Counted from the first letter of the stretch, positions 11,981 through 24,340 are shown. The stretch: DNA of 64,000 nucleotides from Cyanophora paradoxa CCMP329 (GCA_004431415.1 QPMI01000144.1:1-64000), one strand, 5' to 3'. Program-made: numbers and translations. The notes: generated by a model not told the origin, from the sequence alone.

Positions 11981-12990
11981 TTACGCAAAATTCGCAATAA
12001 CTGGATAAGATGGATGTGTTTCCGCCATTCTCCTCTTAAAGTATTCGTACACAGGATCACCAGCAGGTTCATCACCATATCGAATTTCGAAGGTGAGGTG
12101 GACAGGTTGACCCTCGAAATCAATTGGTTCATTAACTGCATTCACAATATCAACCGAAAATGTGGAAAGTCCCAGATTCTTGTTATAGTATTTATAAATC
12201 GGATGGGCTTCTGTCGAATTATAAACGACATGCTCACCATAATCTTTATCTGGAACAACGATTTTGTGGAAATATCCAGTGAGGAGACCATCACCACATT
12301 GAACCAGATCACCCAACTCCTTTACTCTCACAAACAGAACACTATCCCTGGTCTTTTCAGGTTCAAATGAAGATATGATACCATGCACCATCGACCAGTA
12401 AAGATACCATCAGTCAGAGTATTATAAACTTGTGATTGGATTGGGGTGTTACCATATCTCCCAGGATCAAGACCAAGCAGTCGAGCAGAACTCAAAAACC
12501 TCTGAATCTGCGCCTGGGTTGGGTTTATTGCAGTTGAGAAAGCCAGGTAAAACGGTATGGTGGAATGGAATATTACTCGTTTCAGTGTATCATCCCATTT
12601 ACAGCGAATTGCTACTGGTGGCTCTCTCAATGCAAGTTTGGAGTTAATTACATTCACCAGTTGTTGGTGGTTTTGAATGGGTGTGCTGCGACTTATCACA
12701 ATGTGCTTCCATTGCTCATAATCGGCAGCAGGTCGATCAGTTGGAATACCAGTGCTTCCTGCACCAGAATAATATTCAGACCAATAAAGGTAGATTGCAT
12801 TATCTATTGTCACATCTCCTACTTTGGTTTCACCACTCACCATGGGAATGCTGTTATAGAATTCTGCTGAAACCAGTCTTACTGCTCTCACAAATTCATA
12901 GGTGCTGGGGAGGCGAGCAATAAAACTCGAAGTTGGTCCATCTCCCGAAATTGTATTGAAAGAGCTCACTTCGATGTAATCCACAGGCAT
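11981..12990 (-). CDS. Minor capsid (penton-like) protein 1, frameshifted near 12390
   Basis: VRAVRLVSAEFYN..., LSTFSVDIVN...DFEGQPVHLTFEI; homologous to 51912-52868. Confidence 0.8.
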
Positions 12991-13018
12991 CTTCTTTTAT
13001 CTATAAACATATATTAAA

Positions 13019-13950
13019 ATGATTCGGCTGGTCAATATAGATAGCAGAGACCGATCAGATGGACAAATAGAAAACTCCTACAAAGTTTCACTCACAACCC
13101 CAGTGACCAAACCAAGAGAATGTCGAGTTTTGTATGCAGAGATCCCCAACAGCATCTATAATTCCATTGGAACAGACCACCTTCTTCTCAGATTCTTCTA
13201 CCAAGGCATCTCTGAAACCAAACAGGTCTTCCTTCTCCCAAGTGGTTATATTAATCAAGGGCATTTCGGGGTCACCAGTCCATATAATTATGGTCTGAAT
13301 TTCACCTTTACTGGGAGCAACAATCTCACATATGCATTCAAGGTCTACTACAATCCTACCTCCTACAAGTTGGAGTTTTACAGTAATGTTCAATTCGAAT
13401 TGGTAGCATCTACACAGCGATTGGGTAAACTTCTTGGGGTGAGTTCTGTTGATTGGGTCGCTTCAATTGAGCAAACCTACGATTTCCCAGAGTCTGCAAG
13501 GTCTTTATATGCCCCAGAGAATTTCCTATATTTTGCAGGAGTACCAATCACCCCAAACCATCCCAATGGGGAATGACATTCACAGGATATGAATTCGAGG
13601 CATCTCGCTTAAACTACAAGTTAGAAGCAGCCAAGATGACAGATATGAATGCAGAACAGTACTTGTACATGCACATTAAAGAACTCTCCCCATTTGCTAC
13701 AAACCACAATATTGTCCCACAATCTCAACCACAGAATCAAGGGGCGATTCTCAGATTGCAGTTAAGTAAAGATATTGGGCAGTATGTTTATCACAGTGGA
13801 GAGCACAGTGAATACATAAAAATAACCGATCGAAACCTGGTGATTAGAGAGTTAACAGTTGAGTTTCGCGATTATTATGGTGATCTTGTTGATATGAATG
13901 GAATTGACAACTCATTCCAGTTGGAGTTTCTGGCTATTGGTAATGATTAA
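13019..13950 (+). CDS. Minor capsid (penton-like) protein 2, frameshifted near 13570
   Basis: NIDSRDR, YAEIPNSIYN, YLYMHIKEL, LTVEFRDYYGDLVDMNGIDNSFQLEF: typical PLV/NCLDV minor capsid motifs. Confidence 0.82.
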
Positions 13951-14338
13951 ACCGATTCAAATTCACTGTTTCGAAAACATCCAGAAGGGGACTCTTGGGA
14001 TCTTCTGTATACCATTTGCGAATTGTCTTATCCCATTTAGCACCATTCTTTTTCAAGAAACTACAAAGGGTTGATCTCCTTGTAATTCGCAATCCCATCT
14101 CTTGGAAGATCTCATAATGCTCTTGGAGTTTCTTGACAATCAAGAAGTAATGCCCATAGTAATTGTAATACTGCTGGTTAATCGGCATGTTTCCTTTACA
14201 GCATGATGGGAAATCGTTTGTCAATTTTTGGCGAAACGAGAGTATCTCATGAGATAGATGAGAGAATAACAGGTGTGTTTTCAGGGTTGGAGAAATCGGA
14301 GAAACATAGAGTATTGCGATTTCCGAGTTAGTTGACAC
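13934..14338 (-). CDS. Hypothetical protein with DUF5710-like motif
   Basis: C-terminal KKNGAKWDKTIRKWY. Confidence 0.5.
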   Translation of the reverse strand: MSTNSEIAILYVSPISPTLKTHLLFSHLSHEILSFRQKLTNDFPSCCKGNMPINQQYYNYYGHYFLIVKKLQEHYEIFQEMGLRITRRSTLCSFLKKNGAKWDKTIRKWYTEDPKSPLLDVFETVNLNRFNHYQ

Positions 14339-14388
14339 TGAGAAATTCAGAATTTCAGATGGTCTTACTGAAAATGGTCAGATAATCG

Positions 14389-14883
14389 GGTGTGACACCT
14401 ATTTAATTGACTGTGACGCCTGTGACAGGTGTGACACCTATTTTCAAACTTTTTAAAATTCTCACAAATTACAGACTTCTGAAAACACCTGTCACACCTG
14501 TCACACCCGTCACACCCAATTAACAAAAGACTCTATTTCTTACTGAGATATTCAAGAATTTATTGTTGTCTTACTGAAAACAGTCTATGTGACAGGTGTG
14601 ACACCTTCAAAATCCACCCAACAATAGTCGATTTCATGAATACCTTTCTGTCTTACTGAAAATGGTAAGGAGACCAGGTGTGACAGGTAGTTTAATTGAG
14701 TGTGACAGGTGTGACAGGTGTGACACCTATTTTCAAACTTTCTAAATTTTTCAAAAATGACAGACTTCTGAAAACACCTGTCACACCTGTCACACCTGTC
14801 ACAGACATTCTACCCCTCTTACTGACTTTCTCAAAAACAAATATATCTATTACTGAATATCATTTGAATACTACCTGTCACAC
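14389..14883. repeat. Two further copies of the iteron/AT-spacer cassette plus isolated iterons
   Basis: 14403-14523 and 14691-14803 repeat (GTGTGACAG)3-CCTATTTTCAAACTT...CTGAAAACACC-(TGTCACACC)3 seen at 5491-5634. Confidence 0.9.
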
Positions 14884-14916
14884 TTGAATTCAATTATTCT
14901 GTTTTATAGAACATAT

Positions 14917-15175
14917 GCAATCTAATCGATTGTTCAATTGGAGACCATGCAACTCTGTGACACTTTTTCGATCTAAAATATAAATCCGCAATCTCATCGA
15001 TTGTTTAATTGGACATAATGCAGTTCCGATATATTCCAATAGAAAATCCCGCAATCTAATCGATTGTTTAATGGGAGATAATGCAACTCTGTGACACTTT
15101 TTCGGTGCAAAAATGTACATCAGCAATCTCATCGATTGTTCAATTGGACACAATGCAACTCTGTGACACTTTTTG
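14917..15175. repeat. Four degenerate ~63-72-bp subterminal tandem repeats
   Basis: GCAATCT(A/C)ATCGATTGTT(C/T)AAT.GGA...ATGCAACTCTGTGACACTTTTT at 14917, 14988, 15051, 15123 (second copy diverges in its 3' half). Confidence 0.85.
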
Positions 15176-15494
15176 CGTTTTTCGATACAGAATGGGCGGT
15201 GGTCTACTTCAATACATGAGAGTTATATCGAGTTTATGCGAATTTATGCAATTTAATCGCAATTATATCGATCTTTAAGCAGTTTAATGTTAATCTATCG
15301 CAGATTTGTATGTAAACAACAAAGTACATAATCAATCGATATAAGATCAATTGAATCTATCGAAGTTTAATCGAAAATATGCATTTTGGTAAACGCGTTT
15401 TCATTTTTAATACAAAGTTTGCATTATTTTATACAAAGTTTGCATAAAAAGTTTAAGAAATTAATCGAAAAATATGTATTTTAGTATTAAATTA

Positions 15495-15589
15495 ACACAT
15501 ATTGAAAAACGAATTTAAATCCAGAGTGAATCGAGATCGCGAAGCGATCGAGATGAACGAGGGATTTAAATTCGTTTTTCAATATGTGT
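15495..15589. repeat. Terminal fold-back of element 1
   Basis: 28-bp perfect inverted repeat (15495-15522 / 15562-15589) enclosing GATCGC-GAA-GCGATC. Confidence 0.9.
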
Positions 15590-18300
15590 GTGGGCCTGGA
15601 GGGCAGATGCAGAGGCGAACCGAGTGCCGCAGGTGCAGGAGAAGTCAGACGTCCCGGCGGCGGGTCCTGCATCGGGCAGCTGGGGGGAGGGAGGGGCCTG
15701 GGGTGAGGGGGCGACGGGGAGTCGTGCAATTGCTTGGCGGAAGTTTTCCAAGAGAATCCATGGTTGGCCTTCCGAGCCCAATTCGCAGCAGAAGTCGGTG
15801 ATGGAGATGGTATCATGGAGGGAGGGGCGGGGGGGGGGCGGGGGGAGGGGGGGACTGGGCGGCTGCACTAGAGGCGAGCGGGAGGGTTTGGAGTCTGCAT
15901 GTTTGCGGTACCGACGTTTGGTTTTGTCATTGATGCCGTGTCGGAGCTCCCAGGCGTGGTTGCGGGCGCAGCGGTCTCTCCAGATCGCACGGAGGTGTTG
16001 GTCAAGGAGCAGCGCTAGGTCTTTTTGGATTGACGATGAGGTGGTCTTGTTGATGCCCAGAGCTGTGCAGAGGGCAGGCAGTCCTGCCGGGGTACCGAGG
16101 CGCAGGAGAGCGAGGGCGGGGAAGGGAAGCATGTCGGCCAGGGCCGGGCTGAGTTTTTTCCATAGTGTATCGGCGAGGCCGGGGGGGCGGAAGAGAGCCG
16201 GATTTGCGGTGGGGGAGAGAAGGGCGGAATGGAGGGGAGAGGCGGGGTCAGGAGAAACGAGGCGGAGGAAGGGGAAGAGTTGAAAGATGGTATCGTCGTG
16301 TCCTAGTGGTTTGGGCGAGTGGCGGAGAACCCGGGTACGGAGGAAGGTCACGAGTGCGTCCTGGAAAGCTTGGAGAAGGAGGCAAGCGGCGGGGCAAGTA
16401 AATATGTGGACGAAGTCTTCGGGGGGGTGGGTTGTGGGGTCGGGCGGTCTGGGGTCTGCGGCCCTCGGTGGGGAAAAGGGCGAGGGGGAGCCCGGGGGGG
16501 TGCATGTGGCAGGGGGCGGGGAGGGGGGGGGTGGGGAAGCAGCATCTTCGGGGATGGGGGCAGGGGTGGGAGGGAGGTGACAGAAGGGGCAGTGGGCGGT
16601 GCCGTCGGGGAAGAGAGGGCCGTAGAGGTCGGGGTCGTGGAGGAGGCGGATGGTGAGGGAGGGAAGGCTTCCAAGCATGCATTGGAATCTGACTTTGCGG
16701 AGGTGGTCGCCTGTGGGGGTGCGGCGGTCCGGTGGCTTGTCGGACACTAGGGAGAGGGCTGGGGCGAGGGTAACATGGGGGTTGCTGAGGATGGCCCCCG
16801 CGTTGCGAAGTTGGCGCCAGTCAAGGTATTGGGAGAGGGAGGCTTCGGCTAGGAAGTGAGGGCGGGGGTCCCCCTCGACGCGGTACGCATGGAGTCTGCC
16901 TCGGTAGGGCTCGGCCCCGGGGACTGGGCCGTGGGATAGTGGGGGCGGGAGGCCAACACGGATGAGGAAGCATTTGAAACTGTGGGGAATGAAAAGAAGG
17001 GCGGAGAGGGGGGCGTCGGGGGCTGTTTTAGCAAGCTTGTCAACGGCGTCATTGTGGCGGTTGTCAGGGGTGTAGGCTGGGTTCGGGATACGATTCTTAG
17101 CCGGGGTGCGGGCCGCCTCTTTCTGTGCGGCTGTTTTGGATGTTTTGGCGGACCGTGGTTGCGGCAGGGTGGCTTCACGGTGAGCGGCTTCAGTTAGGAT
17201 GGACGCCGCTTCGAGTGGGGTAACGTGGGACGGCCGGAAGAGACGGCGCGCTGTGGCGGAGGCTTCGTTGCGAGCCAGGTCGGCGAGCTGAGAGGCGAGT
17301 TCTTGGGCGTAGCGGGCGCCGGGAGGGAGGGGGGTGGCGGGCCCTTCGGGGCGGGGCGGGGGAGACTCAAGCACAGTTGGGGAGCGCGGGAGGGCTGGAT
17401 GGTTGGGGGAGGATGGTGGGGAGTCGAGGGTAGGGAGGGTGCCGCCGGTGGAGACTGGGGGGCGGCGCGGCGGATGGGTACGCCCGGGGAAGGTCGGCGG
17501 GGGCCGGAGGGCCGGGAGGGTTGGGCTGCAGCATAGGGGGTCAAGGGTGACGGACCCGTAGCAGAGGCTGAGGGTAATATATTCACGGTATCTGCGGAGC
17601 GCTGCAGCGTCGGCCTGAATGTAGGCTGGGGGGCGGGGCAGGTCCGACGGGGTAAGTGCTGAGGAACGACTGAGTAGGTCAGCTGTGAGGAGGAGGAGTG
17701 GACCGCAGGCCGTGCTGTTTGGGGGCTGGAGAACGGAGAGGGATGTCTCCGGGCGTAGATAGGTCCATCTGCAGAAGGGAGTGGGGGGGAGGGGGATCCA
17801 GAGTCGCGCTGACTCCAAGTGGCCGCCAAGTCTTGTGCAAAGGAGACAAGGTGATCAGGGACGTCGAGGGAGCCATTGTAGAAGTAGAATGAGCGCGTCT
17901 GTGGAAATAGGGCAAGTAGGTGCCAGTGTCCCGGAGGTCTGCTGGAGGAAGGGGTCAGCGAGGGGGCTGGTGGGGTCTGTTGAATTGGGCAATAGGTGAG
18001 GATGGGGACGAGAGCGAGGCGGGCATCGAGGAGTCGTCCGTGGGGGATGTATCGGTGTAGGGGGAGGAGGGCAGAACCCCGAGAGTCGAAGTGGGAGGCT
18101 GCGCTAGCAGGGTAGGAGCTGGAGGATAGGAAGTGAGCGGGGTGGGGCGAGGCCAGGGCGGCTTCACGGGAAGAGAGCAGGTCAAAAAAGGCTTCCACGA
18201 GGGGGAGGCTGAGGGGGGCATTCGGACGGAGGTGTATAAGGTCGCCTCGTCGAATGAGTGAGTAACAGTGAGGGTCGGCTCGGGCTCATGCTGTACCCCC
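15590..18300 (-). mobile_element. 5'-truncated LINE fragment: Ulp1-like protease, RNase H-like remnant, zf-RVT, C2H2 finger
   Basis: GHWHLLALFPQTRSFYFYNGSL and QPPNSTACGP (C48 protease), RPSH..HNDAVDKLAK, CPFC..EDFVHIFTCP, IWRDRCARNH; intronless. Confidence 0.7.
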
Positions 18301-18979
18301 CCATAATTACCACCCGAAACAATTTAATTCGGGCTCCACTATTTCACCTATGCATATGTGCATATATATGGGAGGGTTATATACAATGCACTAATTCCCG
18401 ATCAGGTATTTACGATCCATGCGCACTGATTTCCGATCTGGCCGGCCGCCGCCGGTGCCGGGCCGCCGCCGGTGCCGGGCCGCCGCCGGCGGCGCCGCGC
18501 CGGCGCCGGGCCGCCGCCGGCGCGGCGCGGCGTCACCGCCGGCGCCGTCACTAGGTCCGAGTCGATCCGGATCCCCGCGGTCCGACTAGCTCCCGATCAA
18601 TCGATATCCGAGTCGAGAATCACACTGCTGTACATGTGACCTCGCGATCGACAGCTGCAGGATCATGATCTCGAGCCTGTCGATGCATGTCGATCATGCA
18701 CAAAACTTGAAATCCAGGACGTGGACAGGATTGATCGGGTAAACGTGCGGCTCATGATCAGCGGCCGCGGCTGCCATATATGCATGCTGGCGCCCAGCAG
18801 CTGCAGCGCTAGCTAGACTCTGCTGCTAGAGTCAGTGCAGACTGCAGTCTGCGTACGGTATATAGCTGTATACGTATACGTATAGCTAGCTAGCTACTCG
18901 GCGATCCGAGCCCGTCGGTACTGGTATGCGGCGGCGGCACGGCGCGCTGCTTTCGCGCGCCTCGCGCGAATTACTCACT

Positions 18980-21900
18980 CATCGTACGCGCGAAGACGAA
19001 ATCCAACCTGTCGAAGTCTGTTGACATCAACACTTTTCCAATTGCAAGTCAAGTGCGATGGAGCTCGAACTCGTCGCCTTCTCTAGCAAGTGCAGTCGTC
19101 TTGCGGCGCCGGCTGGCGCATGCGCGAGGGCAGCGATTCGCACGGTGACGCATCTTGGTGAGAGAAAGATGCTGCAATCTTTAAAAAAGCTTCTTGTGCA
19201 CAAGCGCGTGCACGTGCCCGTTTACATGTACAAATAATCATTAATGTTCTCCATCGCCTGCGCTCGCGCGCGCAGCTGCTGTGAAGTTCGCGACGTCGAC
19301 GGTCATGATCAAGCAGTTTGATCGCAAGTGCGCTGTTCAGCGTATATTACACGTATACATGCGTCAGTATATTGTACTGATCGCAATGCATGCGCGCGTT
19401 TGCCCAGGCCCGTATCCGCGCTGAGGGCGTTCAAGACCACCGCGAATTATAAATACGCTCTATCGATATCGGCGCCATCGGTGGGCTTCGCCACCTTGGC
19501 GAAGCCGAGGGACGAACCAAGTGCGAAGAACGCTTGTTCGCGCTAGCGCTGCCTAAAATTTCGCGCACCACGCTAACTTCGATTCGGTGCACTTGAACTT
19601 ACAGAGGCGAATGTGGTCATCACAAGCGTTGCAGTCGGCCTTCCCACCCAACCGGTCAGCGAGGACAGCCCAGACAGCCTTGGAAGCCCCGAGACAGCGT
19701 GGCGCCGCCGGTTTGCGGACCCCGCGAACATAGACCACCTACTGCAGGGCGAGAACTTCGTGCACCGCCTCAGCGACGCCCAGAAGCGCGTGGTCCTCAA
19801 CCAGCACGTCGTGAAGACCGTCAAGGACCCCGTAACCAAGGCCCCCGTCACCAAGGAGGTCACCAAGCCAAGCGAAGTCATGCAGGTGCGTTCCATACAA
19901 ACCAAAATACTGAAGAGTAACGTTACATATATATATACAAATGGAACCAAAATCTTCGGTCAGGTGATGTCCACGGTTGACGATCCGAACATCTTGGCGG
20001 AGTACGGCATCGACCAGCACATCGGCGAGGTGTACGATGAAGCTTGCAAGCTCGCCATCGCCGCCGGCCTCGAGGCTGTCTATCAGGCCGGCTTGTGCGA
20101 GGCCGTCGACCCCTTCGACACGATCAAGGATACCGCGCGAGGCAGGGACGCCCCTTCGCCTTTCATCCTTAAGGAGGAGTTCCGCGGCACGACAGGCGTG
20201 GTTTTCGCGGTGCGCGCATGTGCTCAGAGCTCGCTTATAATTATAATTAGGCTTCATAATATAAATACTTTAATTCACGAAAGCATGCTCTGACGAAACC
20301 CCTGCACGCAGTCGAGCTTCCCAGCACTGGATTCGCTTATTCACGAGGTGAGCGAGTACTAGTTTGCGCAACACTGCACTTAATTGTATATATATAACCT
20401 CTGACACTGCACTTAATTATAAGCACCGAAATATTTTGCCGCACGTGCGCAGGTGACGAAGTGCACAGAGGCGCGCGTCTCGAATGGGGCTTTCGATGCT
20501 GCCCTACGGCTTGCAGAGAAGCGCATCCGCGAGGCGCTGCCGTGCGCACGCATTCGCGTGATCGAATTTGCCGCGTGCTCTTATGACCTCCTGCGCAGTG
20601 CTGAGCAGGCGGAAAAGCTGCTGGCTACGCTAGACATCGACGCGAAGAAACGCCCCGCGGAAGGCTACACGTTCGACAAGAAGCTTTTAATGCGCGTCCT
20701 GGTCCTCGCAAACCAGCAACTGGCGCAGCTCATTCATGCCCATGGGTGCAAACTTGTTGATTCTATTCGAGACCTTCAGCATATCTGATCATGAGAATCT
20801 CGGGCTCCAGACCGAACTCCTTCCTCAACACCGCGTGCGCTGGCACGACCGCGGCGATCACTCTCGCTGAGGGTAGGCCTAGTCGACTGACGATGAATAA
20901 TTATATATATATAAACGGCGATATAAATATATATATACTGTACTCATGAGCTGAAACGATCGTACTTTGTCAGATTGGATTCGCACGAAGCGCTGCGAGC
21001 GGGTCATCGTTATCAGCGGCGACAACCCAACGACACGCAACACACTCCCGTACATTGGAACGGGTTTCCTGGCGCTCGGCGCCGCCTCGACGGCTCCCGA
21101 TGTCGATTCTGCATGCGCGCCATTCGACGCGCGTCGCTCCGGTGCGCTATCTTACGCGTACGCGTGGCGGCATGATCGCGATGGCTGATGCGCATGCCCG
21201 ATGTTCTCATCTATTTATAACTTACTTGGAATTTATGGCCGATGGTCAACGCAGGGATGGTTCTCGGCTCGGGCGCCTGCGCCCTTGTGCTTGAGACGGC
21301 GGAGGCCGCGGCCCAGCGAAAGGCAGCACCCGTCTGCCGCCTCATCGGCTCCCACATCGCCAACTCGGGCTTCCACGCGACGTCGATGGACGGGGCGCAC
21401 ATCGCCCGCGAGCTCAACGCGTTCCTCGACCGCGTGGAGCACATGCACGGCATCACGCGCAAGCAGCTGATCGACGGCGGCCTCGTCTACTTCGCCCACG
21501 AGTCCTTCACGCACGTGAACGGCGGCTGCTCCAAGAACGAGGTCGACGCGCTGCGCGCCGCGTTCGGCGAGGAGAGCGTCAAGAGCATCACCCTCGCCTC
21601 CGCAAAGAGCCTCGTCGCGCACGCCATGGCCGTCGGCTACGAAGGTTCGCTAGCGCTCGCCGTTTTTGAATAGAGACTCTTCAGACGAATCCGAAGACAG
21701 TATATCATTATATTAAGGTTTGCCACGGCTCGCTGTCTGATCCCTCGCGCCCGCAGACGTGCTCGCCGCGTGCACGCTGCAGCGGGGCGAGATCCCGCCG
21801 GCCGCACACCACCACGTGCCGGACGAGCGCCTCGGAGCGGTGCGGGTCAGCACTGGAGGCAAGACGGACGCAAAGTTCGTCCTCCGCTTCGCCGCCGGCT

Positions 21901-22001
21901 TCGGCTCGCATCTCGTCTACGCCCTCTACGGCATGCCGACGTCGACTGAGACGACCGTCAAGGTCGCCCAGGAAGTTCAGCGCAAGCAGCTGCAGCAATA
22001 A
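18980..22001 (+). CDS. Host beta-ketoacyl synthase (multi-exon; 5' end uncertain)
   Basis: Exons encode LNTACAGTT (catalytic Cys), APFDARRSG-MVLGSGACALVLE, FAHESFT, KSLVAHAMA, FAAGFGS. Confidence 0.85.
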
Positions 22002-22651
22002 TTTGAGCAGTGAAGTGTGTATAGTTCGAAGGCACGCCATTGTTCGAATTTTCGTTCCAATAAGCACCGTACCAGATATGCATAGGCTTGGATGCATATG
22101 TAGATATCAATCTTCACGATCAGTTTAAAACTCAGTCAACGCTTTTTCTGTCACAGGGGGTGCGGTCGGGGGTGATCATGAGGGGCGCGGGGGGACCGAT
22201 ATCGATGAAGGGCGCGGCGGCGCCCTGCAGCGCTAGCTGGCCGGCCGCCGGCTTCGAAAAGAAGCCTCCGCCGGCCGGCTTCGAATTCGAAAAGAGCTGG
22301 CCGGCCGCCGGCTTCAAAAAGAGCCGGTCAGCTCCCATGGGCCAGCGGCGCGGCGCCCGGGGGGCGGGGGGGCGGGCCTTGGTCTAGATCTCCCCGGAGA
22401 CGAGCCCGCCCGGGGCGGCCGCGGGACATGCGCCCCGCCTCGCGCTTCGCTCGCATCGACTCCAGGATCCGCAGCGGCAGCGTCTGCGCGTGCTCATGAT
22501 CAGCCTAGCCGGCGGGTGGCCGGACGGAGCGGGGGGCGCTGGGGGCGGGCGGCCGCGGGCCTGCATGAGGGGGTGCATGGCGACGACGATGCCATGATGT
22601 GCGCATGCGGGTCGTAGCTCTCGAAGAGCATGCTGGTCGTACCTCTCGAAG

Positions 22652-22717
22652 AGATGCGGTTCGCGGAGGAGCTTATGCGGGAGATCTTCCAGATAAGCTC
22701 CTCCGCGAACCGCATCT
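22652..22717. repeat. Perfect 25-bp inverted repeat with short loop
   Basis: AGATGCGGTTCGCGGAGGAGCTTAT (22652-22676) / ATAAGCTCCTCCGCGAACCGCATCT (22693-22717). Confidence 0.9.
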
Positions 22718-23173
22718 GTGCGCACGCGCCCCGCGCCCGTCGGCGGGTGCTAGAATGGTTCGCGATCGATATCGAGCGCGAGGCACGCCGCGGCGGATTC
22801 AATGGTCAAGTTCGAATTTCGAATTCCATTCCACTCGGCGATTCGCTGAATAAATTAAAGGCCACGCAGGAGTTGACGACAAAACAGGCTCTAATTATAA
22901 ACAGACCAGGCTCCAGGACTAGCGGCGCAGTCTAGCGGGTGACAAGATGCGCTACACATTTATCTAGCTAGAAATTCGAAGGGCTAGCACAGATCTAGAA
23001 GAAGCTATATATAGCTATAGCTGAGCATTGAAATTTAACAACGGACCCTAGGCCTAAAGTACAGCTACTTGCTATAGGCTGATTATATAAGCCCTCAAAC
23101 TGTACAAAGCAAACAACGAGAAACGTACATTACAACTAAAGTTTGCGTCCTGCAGCGAGAAAAAAAACACTAG

Positions 23174-24340
23174 TTATACGAAGCAGAGGTTATTGAAAGT
23201 CTGAAACAAGCCTAGGGGCCTAAGGCCTCGGCAAGGAGGAGGCCGGCCGAGGCGGGGCGGGCGAGGGGCGGGGGCGAGGGTGCGTGCGCTGGGGCGGGGG
23301 CAGGGGCTGGGGGAGGAACGACGCCGGGGGCGGGCTTGGCCTCGGGGTCGGCGTCGGGGGGCTCCTCGGGGCGGGGGCGGGCGGTGGCGAGCAGGCAGAG
23401 GGTCCAGAAGCAGCTGTAGAGGACCATGAGCGTCCCCAGCGCCACCGCCGCCGCGTCCGCCCCCGCCCCGCCCCCGTCCCACCCCGACGCCTCCATCCTC
23501 CCCGGCACCCGCAGCGCCCCCGGTCCCGCCACCGCCTCGAAATCCAGCGCCGGCGGTTTGGCCCCGGACGGGGTTCTGGCGCTCTGCGCGCGCCGGCGTC
23601 GGGGCGAGCGGCGGGGCGAGCGGCGGGGCGGGGGGCGGTGCGGGGGGCGGTGCGGCTGAGCGCACGTGCTGCCAGGTAAGAAGGCCGACGATGGTGAGGA
23701 GCAGGCTGAAGAACGAAGAGCCGAGGCAGGAGGCGGCGAGGAGCGGGACGGCGTCGTCAGCGAGGCAGAGGATGGCGCAGCAGACCGCCAGCGTGAAGGC
23801 ATTCAGCACCGCCGCGGCGCTCTGAAGCTGCAGCGCGATGCCGAGCTGCGGCAGCACGCGTCAGGCGCCCCGAGGCCAGGGCGCTGGGACGGGCGGCGCG
23901 CGCGCACCTTCACCCCGCGCTCGGCGCTGGGGCATTCCCCCTCGATCTCCGAGCGGCACTCGCGCGCCTGAGCGCGAGCCACGAAGACGTCGCGCAGCCG
24001 CTTCACCTGCGGCGCAGGCTAGGTGAGGTCACAGGTCGGAGGGGAACTGAGGTCAAAGAGTCGCACGATAAGCTCAGGCCACGAGCTCAGACCTAGCACC
24101 AAGCGCACGGGCGGCGGCGTCTCCGACTCTCCGGGCCGCCGCAAGCGCAGCTCGCCTCGCAGTGTCCTGTATGACGCGCGTCATGGCTGATCGTGGCGCG
24201 CGCGCGCGCTCGCAAGGGGAAAGGAAGACGGATCGCAATACAGACCACGCGCGGGAGTCCAGAGATGCGGTGGTCGTCAGGGTTTCCGCCACCAAAAGCA
24301 GCATGAAGCAGCAGACCCACGCGGCTGCCGCGCCGCGCAT
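23174..24340 (-). CDS. Putative host multi-pass membrane protein (spliced; model uncertain)
   Basis: Hydrophobic segments AVLNAFTLAVCCAILCL, FFSLLLTIVGLLTW, ALGTLMVLYSCFWTLCLLA, with GT..CAG introns. Confidence 0.45.

Larger units (their letters stand above)
1418..15590 (-). mobile_element. Endogenous Polinton-like virus, element 1 (left part outside window)
   Basis: AT-rich, intronless, gene-dense island with pPolB, primase-helicase, A32-like ATPase, MCP, two minor capsid genes and an integrase start; terminal fold-back at 15495-15589. Confidence 0.9.

Noticed and set aside
13019-13950. Programmed frameshift conserved in mCP2 of both elements
   Set aside because: The breaks are ~20 codons apart in the alignment and near short homopolymers. 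Similar 1-nt indels hit many genes, including LINEs, so assembly error or decay is simpler; check against short reads.
14917-15175. CRISPR-like array
   Set aside because: Repeats are long and degenerate with ~15-20-nt related linkers; no cas genes; eukaryotic viral subterminal context
17194-18240. Viral maturation protease of element 1
   Set aside because: The Ulp1-like domain is GC-rich, lies outside the terminal hairpin and is linked to LINE zf-RVT
18440-18550. GC-rich quasi-palindromic repeats
   Set aside because: Low-complexity host DNA
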